Part shown: positions 29,078 through 37,524 of the stretch, piece after piece
Layout: each line of letters starts with the position of its first letter
How positions within the stretch are numbered: the first letter of the stretch is position 1
Assembly: GCA_934757865.1 (NCBI GenBank)
Contig: CAKVLS010000003.1
Span: forward strand, 67,180-131,179
Length of the DNA stretch: 64,000 bases
Direction: 5' to 3'
DNA from: an uncultured Clostridia bacterium
Lineage (GTDB): Bacteria > Bacillota > Clostridia > Christensenellales > UBA1242
Translations under genes and position numbers: made by a program
The notes under the pieces: generated by a model
Databases searched by the model: none
The model's input: the letters and a program-made list of their open reading frames with translations, nothing else
Told to the model about the DNA's origin: nothing

Positions 29078-29429
29078 CTTTTTTACACTCCTTTTCCATT
29101 ATTCAGCCTCATCGACTGAGTCTAGTATAATATTGCTATATTAACTAAATATTAACTTTACGAAATATTTTACCAATATTAGTAATATTATATATTATAT
29201 TTCTGCTAGCATTATAACCCAAAGTTACAAAAAAATCAAACAAATGTATGTCCCTTTTGTTCTATGTCTCAAAGACTTTTTTAGATTTTTTCGCCTTTGG
29301 TCAAAAAATCAATAGAGCAGAACTCCTACTGAACAGTGCCTTTTACCATTTTTTTGAGATTGTTAGTAAGCTCTCAAGCTTGCTTTTTTATAATTTTTGC
29401 CTGATGCTATGGACTGATATGACCGCCGA

Positions 29430-29830
29430 CATAAGCAGGTAAGCTCTTCAAAAACTTGTCACTAGCTACCAAGCACAAGACATCTATAAGCTGCTGGCAG
29501 CAGCGACCCTTATCAAAAACGCCTCACAAGACCAGTCGTTCGGTAAATGGCTACACTCCGCATAAATAAAGGACTATACAATATAGACCGACCGTTCGTA
29601 TGGCGAAATACAACTTGAAAAGCTTAAAAATTATGCATTTTCTGTTACTAAAAATCCGCTTTTGCAGAGGCAAATTATTCTTACTCTTTTCAACCGCGGT
29701 GTAGAGCTGTTTGATTATCCCCAATAGTTATCACTACAAGACCACTTGGTCGGGTAGCGGTAGCTGTGTTTGAGTATTAGCGGCTGCGGAGAGTTGCCTT
29801 ACTTAGGACAATACCCTCAATTAAAAAGCT
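29430..29830. ncRNA. candidate structured non-coding RNA or decayed repeat island (unclassified, strand unknown)
   Basis: About 400 nt with visibly higher G+C than the surrounding intergenic DNA and no ORF of 60 aa or more. Local hairpins include GCTGCT-ggc-AGCAGC. Long-range complement CTCCGC (29566-29571) / GCGGAG (29785-29790). Three copies of a GACC...GTTCGGTA...GGC-like motif. Confidence 0.35.
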
Positions 29831-30111
29831 CAAAATAAAATTGAAACAAAAAATTTCGGATTTTTGAGATTTTGAGTAATTTCTAAAATTTGTTAATTTT
29901 GTGAGTTTTTATTTTTTTTAGGTATAGGCTGATGAGATTTTTTGTCTACTTATTGGTAGGTTTTATTATTTCGAAGGTTATTTTTTATGCGTTGTTTTTT
30001 TGGGGTAGATTTGCAAGAGTTTTATAAGGCTGTTAATTTGTTAGGTGTTAGAGGTATTTGCTAATGCTTTTGCTGCTTACAAAAAATATGTTATATAATA
30101 TTAAAAAATAT

Positions 30112-30140
30112 TTGTTAATATATTTAGTAAATGGTATAAT
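30112..30140 (+). promoter_or_regulatory. sigma-70-like promoter (TTGTTA-17-TATAAT with TG extension)
   Basis: TGGTATAAT extended -10, located 27 nt upstream of the ATG at 30167. Confidence 0.6.
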
Positions 30141-30166
30141 GTGCATATAAAAAGGATTTGAGAAAA

Positions 30167-30646
30167 ATGAAAAATTTTAAGAAAAAACTAAACTTCAATT
30201 TGATATTTGGTATTGTGCTTGCAGTACTTTTTGTTGCTAGCATACCAACACTTATAGTCGCTGCTGGTCGTATGAGCAACCCAGGGTTTAAGGTTCTATT
30301 TATCTTTTCGATAGTTTTTCTTGTTGGCGGGTTTTATGGTATGCCTTTTGTTTGGATTAACTACGGAACTTTAAGAAGATGCCAAAATATTTTGACCTTA
30401 GCAAGTCAAGGTATTACTGACTATCCAACTATTGCCGAAAAGTTAGGCACTAACGAAAAAGAAGTTGTTGAGCTTACAAGAAAGCTTGTACTTGGCGGAT
30501 ATATTTCTGCAGACCTTATTGGTCAAACTCCAAGCATGCCAAAGAAAGAAAAAGCAAAAGTTTCTATCACATGCAAGAGCTGTGGCGCTAGCTACTTAAA
30601 GACTAGCGAAGAAGACAACTGCCCATACTGTGGTAAATACAACTAA
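30167..30646 (+). CDS. membrane protein with C-terminal zinc ribbon
   Basis: Two TM helices, a soluble middle domain, and C-terminal CKSCG...CPYCG. Start set at the ATG after AAAGGA. Confidence 0.65.
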   Translation: MKNFKKKLNFNLIFGIVLAVLFVASIPTLIVAAGRMSNPGFKVLFIFSIVFLVGGFYGMPFVWINYGTLRRCQNILTLASQGITDYPTIAEKLGTNEKEVVELTRKLVLGGYISADLIGQTPSMPKKEKAKVSITCKSCGASYLKTSEEDNCPYCGKYN

Positions 30647-30658
30647 AGGAAGAAGATA

Positions 30659-31144
30659 ATGAATTGTCCAAAATGCGGAGCTGCGTTAGAAGATGTTAAT
30701 AACCCATGTCCTAACTGTGGCAAAAAGATGACCCAAAGAGAAATAAAAATAGAAAAGATGCTAAGCAAAAAGCGTAACGAAAACAAAAAGCACAAAGTAA
30801 CATTTTTTAGTGATGTAGCTAAGGCTTACGGTAACTTTTGGCTTAGGATATTTGATGTTAAGACTATGGATACAATAAAAAACTTTTGGTATCCGGCAAT
30901 GGTAAACTTTATAATAGCAGTTGTGCTAATTATAGTCTATCACTGGGTAGGTATAACATTCTTAGCATGTACTGCCATACCTCTTATTACCAATATGATA
31001 AGGCGTATCAAAGATAGCGGCAGAAATTGGTATTACATTTTCTTAGCTTTCTTACCGGGAGCAGGACCAGTGCTACTTGTTATATTGTTATGTTTGCCAT
31101 CATATTACAAGGTAAAAGAGAAAAATGCGCAAACGAAAAAGTAG
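30659..31144 (+). CDS. zinc-ribbon / DUF805-like membrane protein
   Basis: N-terminal CPKCG...CPNCG. The C-terminal RRIKDSGRNWYYIFLAFLPGAGPVLLVILL resembles the DUF805 signature. Confidence 0.65.
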   Translation: MNCPKCGAALEDVNNPCPNCGKKMTQREIKIEKMLSKKRNENKKHKVTFFSDVAKAYGNFWLRIFDVKTMDTIKNFWYPAMVNFIIAVVLIIVYHWVGITFLACTAIPLITNMIRRIKDSGRNWYYIFLAFLPGAGPVLLVILLCLPSYYKVKEKNAQTKK

Positions 31145-31249
31145 TAAAAACATATACTAAAAATGAAGTAAAAAATTGCAAAAGTTTTTACTAAAAAAGA
31201 TACATAAAAAATAGGACAAAAAGCCTATAAAAATTTTAAGGAGAAAACA

Positions 31250-32455
31250 ATGTTAAAAATCAATTATAACAATCTTTATAATGACAAGTTCGCAAAAAAG
31301 TTTAAGGCGGACAAAGTATTAGAAAAAGTAAATGAGTTTGTAAAAAACAATTCGTATGCGTTATTCCACAATATTGATAACGCCAGCGTAAAGGATATTG
31401 TTGACACCGCCAAAGATGTAAAGAAAAACTTTACAGATATGGTAGTCGTTGGTATCGGTGGTTCTTCTCTTGGAACTCAAGCATTGCTTGACGCTATGCC
31501 AAGAAAGAAGGGTATCAATGTACATATGCTAGACAATGTAGACCCAAACTTTGTAACAGCAACTTTTGAAAAAGTTAACCTAAAAACTACTTGCTTTAAC
31601 TTCGTAAGTAAGAGTGGTAACACAGTTGAGATTTTGTCAATATTACAAGTCTTGCTTGCTAAACTAAAAACTGCTAGCAATATCAAAAAACATATCATCA
31701 TCACAACAACTAACACCAACAACCCACTTATGAGATTTGCCCAAAAGTACAATATCAAAGTTTTGTTTATGCCAAACGAAATAGTTGGTAGATTTAGTGG
31801 CTTGTCAGCAGTTGGCTTATTCCCAGCAGCAGTAGCTGGAATTGATATTAAGAAAGTCCTAAAAGGTCAAACAAACACATTGGCTACTATCACAAATGGG
31901 CTAGAAAGTAACGATGTTTTGAAATTCTCACTACTTCAAGCTGCTATGCTAAAGAATAAAAAATATGACTTAGTTATTTTGCCATATTCTAACAACCTAA
32001 CTAGCCTATTTGTTTATTATGCTCAAACTTTGGCCGAAAGTCTTGGCAAAGTAAATAACTGCCCATCATCTTCTGTAATGGTTGGTGCTAACTGTCAACA
32101 TAGCTTCTTTGAGCAAGTATTAGAGGGTAGAGATTATAGATACACAATGCTTGTTAAACTTAATAAGTTTGACAATGATATCAAACTTGAAAACAACGAA
32201 GTTTATCCTCTTAGCTGCAAGAACCTAAGCGAAGTAATCAATGCAGAGTGCGTTTCTACTCTTAAGACTTTGTCTGACCACAAACGCAGCAGCTTCATGA
32301 TGGAAGTTGAGAACTTAGACGAAGAGACTATTGGTGAACTATTTGCATTTATGCAGATGACTATTTGTTTCGTGGGGCTAATATTTGGTATCGATGCTTT
32401 CTCTCAACCAGCTGTTGAAGAGCTAAAAGTTAACATTCACAAACTAATTGGTTAA
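31250..32455 (+). CDS. pgi: glucose-6-phosphate isomerase-like (short SIS-domain PGI)
   Basis: VVVGIGGSSLGTQAL and NEIVGRFSGLSAVG match PGI signature blocks. 401 aa is short for a PGI. Confidence 0.6.
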   Translation: MLKINYNNLYNDKFAKKFKADKVLEKVNEFVKNNSYALFHNIDNASVKDIVDTAKDVKKNFTDMVVVGIGGSSLGTQALLDAMPRKKGINVHMLDNVDPNFVTATFEKVNLKTTCFNFVSKSGNTVEILSILQVLLAKLKTASNIKKHIIITTTNTNNPLMRFAQKYNIKVLFMPNEIVGRFSGLSAVGLFPAAVAGIDIKKVLKGQTNTLATITNGLESNDVLKFSLLQAAMLKNKKYDLVILPYSNNLTSLFVYYAQTLAESLGKVNNCPSSSVMVGANCQHSFFEQVLEGRDYRYTMLVKLNKFDNDIKLENNEVYPLSCKNLSEVINAECVSTLKTLSDHKRSSFMMEVENLDEETIGELFAFMQMTICFVGLIFGIDAFSQPAVEELKVNIHKLIG

Positions 32456-32484
32456 TATATTAAGATAAAAACAGGAGAAAAAAT

Positions 32485-33033
32485 ATGGATAATTTATTTG
32501 ATAACATTTTGGACAGTGACGAGCACATCATCAAAGTCCTAAAACCTAACAAATTAAAATTTGTTTTTGGCGGAGTTGTAAGCCTATCATTTGTTCTTTC
32601 GCTATTTTTGGTAGTGTCATTAATCGCAATACTTGGCCCAGCCCAAGCGGTTAATAAAATTAGCCCACTTTATTGCTTGATACCTATTGGTATATTTATT
32701 TTGGCAGTTGTAATTTTTATAGTAATAGGTCTTGTTGTATATTCAAAAAGATATTATGCATATACTAACAAGAGAGTAATTGTAAGATGTGGTTTTGTCG
32801 GTGTAGATTACAAGAGTTTAGATATGGAAATGATCGGAGCAATCAATGTTAATGTTAGTTTGCTAGACAAGATGCTACACAAAAACACCGGCACAGTATC
32901 TTTTGGTAGTGTAGCCAGCCCAATTACTGGCAACGGTGCAGCATTTTCTTTTTACTCAATTCAAGATCCATATGAGTTTTATAAAGAAATTAAACTAGTT
33001 ATCAATGAAAAGAAAACTAAAAAACCTGAGTAA
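32485..33033 (+). CDS. bacterial PH-domain (YdbS/YdbT-like) membrane protein
   Basis: Two TM helices followed by YYAYTNKRVIVRCGFVGVDYKSLDMEMI..., a bPH_2-like pattern. Confidence 0.6.
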   Translation: MDNLFDNILDSDEHIIKVLKPNKLKFVFGGVVSLSFVLSLFLVVSLIAILGPAQAVNKISPLYCLIPIGIFILAVVIFIVIGLVVYSKRYYAYTNKRVIVRCGFVGVDYKSLDMEMIGAINVNVSLLDKMLHKNTGTVSFGSVASPITGNGAAFSFYSIQDPYEFYKEIKLVINEKKTKKPE

Positions 33034-33050
33034 AATCAGGTTTTTTTATT
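33021..33050 (+). terminator. intrinsic terminator overlapping the stop codon
   Basis: AAACCTGA-gtaaaa-TCAGGTTT hairpin followed by a T-run. Confidence 0.7.
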
Positions 33051-33065
33051 TTGATATTCTAGCAA

Positions 33066-33094
33066 GTTGACAAAAAATAAAAAAGTAATTAAAA
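33066..33094 (+). promoter_or_regulatory. sigma-70-like promoter (TTGACA-17-TAAAAT)
   Basis: Perfect -35 hexamer, 17-nt spacer and an A/T-rich -10. Confidence 0.5.
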
Positions 33095-33124
33095 TATGAA
33101 TATCAAAAAAAGGAAGAAAATATT

Positions 33125-33757
33125 TTGTTCGCTGAGAGAAAAATTCTTAAAAAAATGAAAAAAAGTACTGCCATGAAAGAGGCAGAAAAAATTGACCACG
33201 ACAAAGAAGGTCGTGCCGTCATTGACCTTGGACTTGTAGACTCTGATGAGTTTTTTCACCCATATTCTTATAAGACATACGACTTAGTTAACCCTGATGT
33301 TATTCAGTGCGTAGAGATGTTTGAGAGCCAAATCCCTGCAAAAGAGGAACTTTCTATCAATATCCATACCGAAGAGCAGACTGACAACTTTGACAAAAAG
33401 CGTATAAGACATGCAATAAAAAGACACTATGCAGAAAAAATTGTAACGCTTAATAAAAAAATAAAAAAAGATATTGCATTTGCTATTATCCTTATTTTAT
33501 TTGGTGTTTTATTTTCAGTTGTCGAATGTATACTTTGGGCAAAATGGAGCCAGCAGTTTGTTGATCTTATACTATCTATTATTGCTTGGACATTTATTTG
33601 GGACGGTTTTGAGACATTTATTGTAGACTTGCCACTCAATAGAAGGACGCAACTAAAAAATTATCGTATAATGAATGCCAAAGTCCATATTAGGAAATAT
33701 AGTAAAAAGATCCAAAAAGACTACGGAATAGGCGAGTACGAGGACGAAGAAGACTAA
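33125..33757 (+). CDS. membrane protein, function unknown
   Basis: TTG start 8 nt after AGGAAG (an alternative ATG lies 30 nt downstream). Charged N-terminal half followed by two TM helices. Confidence 0.55.
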   Translation: MFAERKILKKMKKSTAMKEAEKIDHDKEGRAVIDLGLVDSDEFFHPYSYKTYDLVNPDVIQCVEMFESQIPAKEELSINIHTEEQTDNFDKKRIRHAIKRHYAEKIVTLNKKIKKDIAFAIILILFGVLFSVVECILWAKWSQQFVDLILSIIAWTFIWDGFETFIVDLPLNRRTQLKNYRIMNAKVHIRKYSKKIQKDYGIGEYEDEED

Positions 33758-33760
33758 AAT

Positions 33761-33792
33761 AAAAAAGGCTCTATTGATTAGAGTCTTTTTTA
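33761..33792. terminator. bidirectional intrinsic terminator
   Basis: AGGCTCTA / TAGAGTCT stem with one G-U pair, flanked by A and T runs. Confidence 0.55.
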
Positions 33793-33806
33793 TATTCTTT
33801 TTACTT

Positions 33807-34247
33807 TTACACCCTTTCTACTTCGTAGCCTAGTTTTTTGGCTAGACGCTCAATGTTAGCTACATTGAAGATTCCCCACTGAGTACATACGACAACTTTT
33901 GAGCCATCTTTTAGCTCGAGAACATCTCCCATAAAATATCTCTTTGCGGCGTCTTTTATTTTGTTTGCCTCGTCCAAAGGCAAAACAACATTAAGTGAGC
34001 CTTGAAGCGACTTGTTAAAAATGCTTTCGAGTTCCGCAAAAGTAGGGTTTGCCTCATCAATGTACTTTTTGATTACAGCTAGTACAAATCTATTCTTGGC
34101 GTAAATCTTGTTGTCAAACAAGAACTTAGTCTTATCTCTCTTTTGGTCACTTGTGGCAGAAGTATTTTCTGTTTCTTTTATCTTCAAAACACTCTCAAGA
34201 TAAGCCACTCTATTTTTTAATTCTAATATTTCTCTTTCTATATCCAT
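33807..34247 (-). CDS. hypothetical protein (N-terminal coiled coil plus small alpha/beta C-terminal domain)
   Basis: 146 aa with clean ORF boundaries. No family could be named with confidence. Confidence 0.55.
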   Translation of the reverse strand: MDIEREILELKNRVAYLESVLKIKETENTSATSDQKRDKTKFLFDNKIYAKNRFVLAVIKKYIDEANPTFAELESIFNKSLQGSLNVVLPLDEANKIKDAAKRYFMGDVLELKDGSKVVVCTQWGIFNVANIERLAKKLGYEVERV

Positions 34248-34280
34248 GACTATATTATAATAGATAAGCCCAAAAATTGC

Positions 34281-34354
34281 AATAAAAACTTATGATAAAC
34301 TAGCGAAAACTAAAAATATTTCATAAAAACTAGAAAAAACTAGAAAAAACTATT
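34281..34354. repeat. 10-bp phased TAnnnAAAAC array (about 7 units)
   Basis: Read in register of 10: aataaaaact / tatgataaac / tagcgaaaac / taaaaatatt / tcataaaaac / tagaaaaaac / tagaaaaaac. Confidence 0.6.
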
Positions 34355-34408
34355 TACAAACGAAATAAAGTGTGATATTATATAACCATCAAAGGAGAAA
34401 AGAAGATT

Positions 34409-34819
34409 ATGAGTGATAAAAAAGTTATCAAAACAGTTGCAGGAGTTATAGTTAATGATAAGGGTGAAGTACTATGCTCACTAAGAGATCAAGGCAAGTA
34501 TGATTATGTATCATTTAAGTGGGAGTTCCCAGGCGGAAAAATGGAGCAAGGCGAGAACGAACACCAAACTCTAGTTAGAGAACTAAGAGAGGAGCTAGAG
34601 ATAGAGGTCGAGGTTGGCGAGCACTTCTATACAGTCGAGCACGACTATCCAGATTTCCATTTGACAATGTCTGTTTATAAGTGCCATTTACTAAGCAAAG
34701 AAATGAAAATGAACGTTCACAAAGCCCTAAAATGGCTACACCCAAAAGATATGGCAGACCTTGACTGGGCAGCCGCTGATATTCCGGTAGCAAAAAAAGT
34801 TATTGAAACTATGAACTAA
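34409..34819 (+). CDS. NUDIX hydrolase (MutT-like nucleoside triphosphate pyrophosphohydrolase)
   Basis: Nudix box GGKMEQGENEHQTLVRELREELEIEV. 136 aa. RBS AAGGAGA. Confidence 0.8.
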   Translation: MSDKKVIKTVAGVIVNDKGEVLCSLRDQGKYDYVSFKWEFPGGKMEQGENEHQTLVRELREELEIEVEVGEHFYTVEHDYPDFHLTMSVYKCHLLSKEMKMNVHKALKWLHPKDMADLDWAAADIPVAKKVIETMN

Positions 34820-34895
34820 CAGAAATAGAAAAGTATAGTAGTAAATCATAAATGAGAATAAAGAGTTAAAAGCAAGCAAAAATAATCAAGAAAAA

Positions 34896-34930
34896 TTCCA
34901 CTAAGCTATGTGCTGGTGGAGTTTTTTTAT
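34896..34930 (+). terminator. probable intrinsic terminator
   Basis: Imperfect TTCCAC...GTGGAG hairpin followed by a T7 run. Confidence 0.4.
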
Positions 34931-34992
34931 TTGTTATTTTTGTTCACACGAAGGCTATATTTGTGTATAATATAACAGTAGGAGAAAAAATT

Positions 34993-35922
34993 ATGTTACC
35001 AAACGAACTTTTTCTAGGTATCCACATGTATGGCGTGATGATAGCCGTAGGGCTTTTGTGTGCGTTCTTGGTACTTTTTTATTATAGCAAAAAGAAAAAT
35101 ATAGACAGCAAACTTGTTGACTTTGTGTTTTATGACGGAGTCGTGTCTATCGCATTTGGATTTCTTAGTGCGGCACTTTTTCAAGCAATTTACAATTATA
35201 TCAAAAACCCCGCAGGCGGATTCCACTTTGGTAGCGGAATAACATTTATTGGCGGACTTATTGGTGGAGTTGTTTGCTTTTTGGCTGTTTATTTTATTTT
35301 CAAAAAACGCCTTAATATAAGACTACTTGATATTATAGATATTATTCCTTGTAGTATATTTGTAGCTCATGGCTGGGGTCGTATAGGTTGCTTCTTTGCG
35401 GGTTGTTGCTACGGAAAAGAAACAACAAGTTTTTTAGGCGTCCAATTCCCTAATTTGCCTAATCCAGTATACCCAACACAACTTTTTGAAGCAGCATTTT
35501 TGTTTATAATGTTTGGTATCTGCTCATATCTAGTTTTGAAAAAAGACTTCAAACACAACTTAGGTTTATATCTTATCAGCTACGGCGTATTTAGATTTTT
35601 GATTGAGTTTTTGCGTGGGGACGACAGAGGTCAAATCTTTGGAGGACTTATCTCTCCATCACAATTTTGGTCAATTATCATGATTATCGCCGGCGTTGCA
35701 ACTATTTTCTTATTCGAGAGATTAAGACAAAATTATTCTCTTGAGCCTCAAAAGGCATCAAAGACTGAGGGAAAAAAGGCTGCAGGTGACCTAACGAATA
35801 GCGAAGAAGTAGAAGAGAAAAAAGAAAGCCCAGTAGAGCAAGAAAAAAAGCCTCTTGACAATATAGGCTCAAAAGATACAACTAACACAACAGATACAAC
35901 TAACACAACAGACAATAAGTAA
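34993..35922 (+). CDS. lgt: prolipoprotein diacylglyceryl transferase with low-complexity C-terminal tail
   Basis: HGWGRIGCFFAGCCYGKET and a YPTQLFE block. Start at the ATG after AGGAGA. The tail is Thr/Asn/Asp rich. Confidence 0.8.
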   Translation: MLPNELFLGIHMYGVMIAVGLLCAFLVLFYYSKKKNIDSKLVDFVFYDGVVSIAFGFLSAALFQAIYNYIKNPAGGFHFGSGITFIGGLIGGVVCFLAVYFIFKKRLNIRLLDIIDIIPCSIFVAHGWGRIGCFFAGCCYGKETTSFLGVQFPNLPNPVYPTQLFEAAFLFIMFGICSYLVLKKDFKHNLGLYLISYGVFRFLIEFLRGDDRGQIFGGLISPSQFWSIIMIIAGVATIFLFERLRQNYSLEPQKASKTEGKKAAGDLTNSEEVEEKKESPVEQEKKPLDNIGSKDTTNTTDTTNTTDNK

Positions 35923-35933
35923 AAGGAATACAG

Positions 35934-36701
35934 ATGCAAAAATCAAAGAACAATACAAGTATCCTAAGCTTATTCTTTACCATGCTCAAAATTGGGCTGT
36001 TCACTTTTGGTGGGGGCTATGGAATGATAGCCCTTTTAGAAAATGAATTTGTCCAAAAGAAAGGCTGGATAACAAAAGATGAGTTCTTGGATATGGTGGC
36101 AATAGCTGAGTCAACCCCAGGGCCTATCGCTATCAATAGCGCAACATATATAGGATACAAAGTTGCTAAGTTTTGGGGCGCATTTTTCGCAACACTAGCA
36201 GTATGTATTCCTTCGTTTGTAATTATTTTTTGTATATCACTATTCCTTAATGCATTTTTGTCAATCAAAGTTGTATCTTATGCGTTTAGTGGAGTGCAAG
36301 TCTGCGTAACATTTTTGATACTGACTGCCGGCATCAAAATGATAAAAGATGTCAAAAAAGATGTCATAAGCATCATTATAATGTGTGCAACATTTTTAGC
36401 AGTAATTTTGCTTTCGATATTTGCTGTTAACTTTTCATCAATATTTTATATTCTTATCAGCGGCGTCATTGGATTGTTTGTTTACCTTATTAGAAGAGCC
36501 AAAGCCAAAAAGTCGAATGAGTTGCCAATACAAGATGAGAATACTGAGAACGAAAATCTAGCAGACACTCAATCAAATAACTCAAATGATGAGGTTATAG
36601 AAGAAGTAAAAGTTAACGAAGAAAAGATACCAAAAGAAGATAACAAAAAATCACCTGCTACTCCTCAAAAAACTGATACAAAAGAGGAGGACAAGCTATG
36701 A
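35934..36701 (+). CDS. chromate transporter family protein (short-chain CHR, first half)
   Basis: FTFGGGYGMIALLENEFV...AIAESTPGPIAINSATYIGY. Acidic C-terminal tail. Confidence 0.8.
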   Translation: MQKSKNNTSILSLFFTMLKIGLFTFGGGYGMIALLENEFVQKKGWITKDEFLDMVAIAESTPGPIAINSATYIGYKVAKFWGAFFATLAVCIPSFVIIFCISLFLNAFLSIKVVSYAFSGVQVCVTFLILTAGIKMIKDVKKDVISIIIMCATFLAVILLSIFAVNFSSIFYILISGVIGLFVYLIRRAKAKKSNELPIQDENTENENLADTQSNNSNDEVIEEVKVNEEKIPKEDNKKSPATPQKTDTKEEDKL

Positions 36702-37273
36702 TATATCTACAACTTTTTCTTACTTTTTTGAAGATAGGCGTAGTATCTTTTGGCGGCGGGTATGGTATGATATCTCTTATTAGAGAAGAGGTTCTTGTTC
36801 ATGGCTGGCTAACTGAGGAAACTTTTCTAAACTTTATCGCCGTATCAGAGTCAACCCCAGGGCCACTTGCTGTCAATATGGCGACATTTATAGGCTCATC
36901 ACAAGGCGGCATTTTAGGGTCGTTCCTTGCAACCCTCGGAGTTGTGCTTCCGTCTTTTGTTATCATACTTCTTATCTCTGCCGTACTAAAAAATATCTTA
37001 AAATACGCCGGCGTACAAGCTACTCTTGGTGGAATTAGACCTGCTATAGTTGGACTTATCTGCGCTACTAGCATAACTATGATGCTAAGTACAATTTTTG
37101 GATTTAGCAAACTCGGCGACACAATGACGATAGATTACAAGGGCATAATCATTTTTGCAGTTTTAGCAGTTATATATTTTGTCGCCAAAAAGTTCAAGAA
37201 AAAAGAGCTTTCGCCAATAATCTTGATACTAATCTCTGCCGTTCTCGGTATGTTAATGTACGGATTATTATGA
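36698..37273 (+). CDS. chromate transporter family protein (short-chain CHR, second half)
   Basis: VSFGGGYGMISLIREEV...VSESTPGPLAVNMATFIGS. ATGA overlap with the first half. Confidence 0.8.
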   Translation: MIYLQLFLTFLKIGVVSFGGGYGMISLIREEVLVHGWLTEETFLNFIAVSESTPGPLAVNMATFIGSSQGGILGSFLATLGVVLPSFVIILLISAVLKNILKYAGVQATLGGIRPAIVGLICATSITMMLSTIFGFSKLGDTMTIDYKGIIIFAVLAVIYFVAKKFKKKELSPIILILISAVLGMLMYGLL

Positions 37274-37440
37274 TGCCCCTTTGCCTAAAAACTGCACTAG
37301 CTCATAACTATGCACTTAAAATACAATCATAAAAAACTCAATCAATCATAAAAAAATCTCAAACAAAACATGAAAAGATTGTTGAGAATATAACAATAAA
37401 ATAAGCATATCAAATTATGTAAAATCAAGTAAAAGCACAA

Positions 37441-37478
37441 TAAAAAAAACACTCAAAAATTTTTGAGTGTTTTTTTGA
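37441..37478. terminator. bidirectional intrinsic terminator
   Basis: ACACTCAAAAA / TTTTTGAGTGT stem between A and T runs. Confidence 0.7.
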
Positions 37479-37480
37479 TT

Positions 37481-37519
37481 AAATATTTATATCAAATATT
37501 TATATTAAATATTTATTTT
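37481..37519. repeat. 13-bp tandem repeat x3 (AAATATTTATATC-like)
   Basis: aaatatttatatc / aaatatttatatt / aaatatttatttt, directly after the terminator. Confidence 0.5.
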
Positions 37520-37524
37520 GCTTA

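Noticed and set aside
29248-29442. 64-aa ORF in the long intergenic region
   Set aside because: It has no RBS and an odd Phe/Leu-rich composition driven by T-rich DNA. It also runs into the GC-rich non-coding island.
29919-29965. Hammerhead ribozyme core CTGATGAG
   Set aside because: There is no convincing stem II hairpin followed by GAAA, and no stem I or III pairing. It is probably a chance octamer.
35018-35026. DnaA-box-like GTATCCACA
   Set aside because: It is a single 8/9 match inside the lgt coding region, with no cluster and no AT-rich unwinding element in context.
35877-35912. 18-nt tandem duplication (ACAACTAACACAACAGAT x2) encoding TTNTTD in the Lgt tail
   Set aside because: It is real, but it looks like ordinary low-complexity tail expansion. 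Similar acidic or polar tails occur on the first ChrA-half protein.
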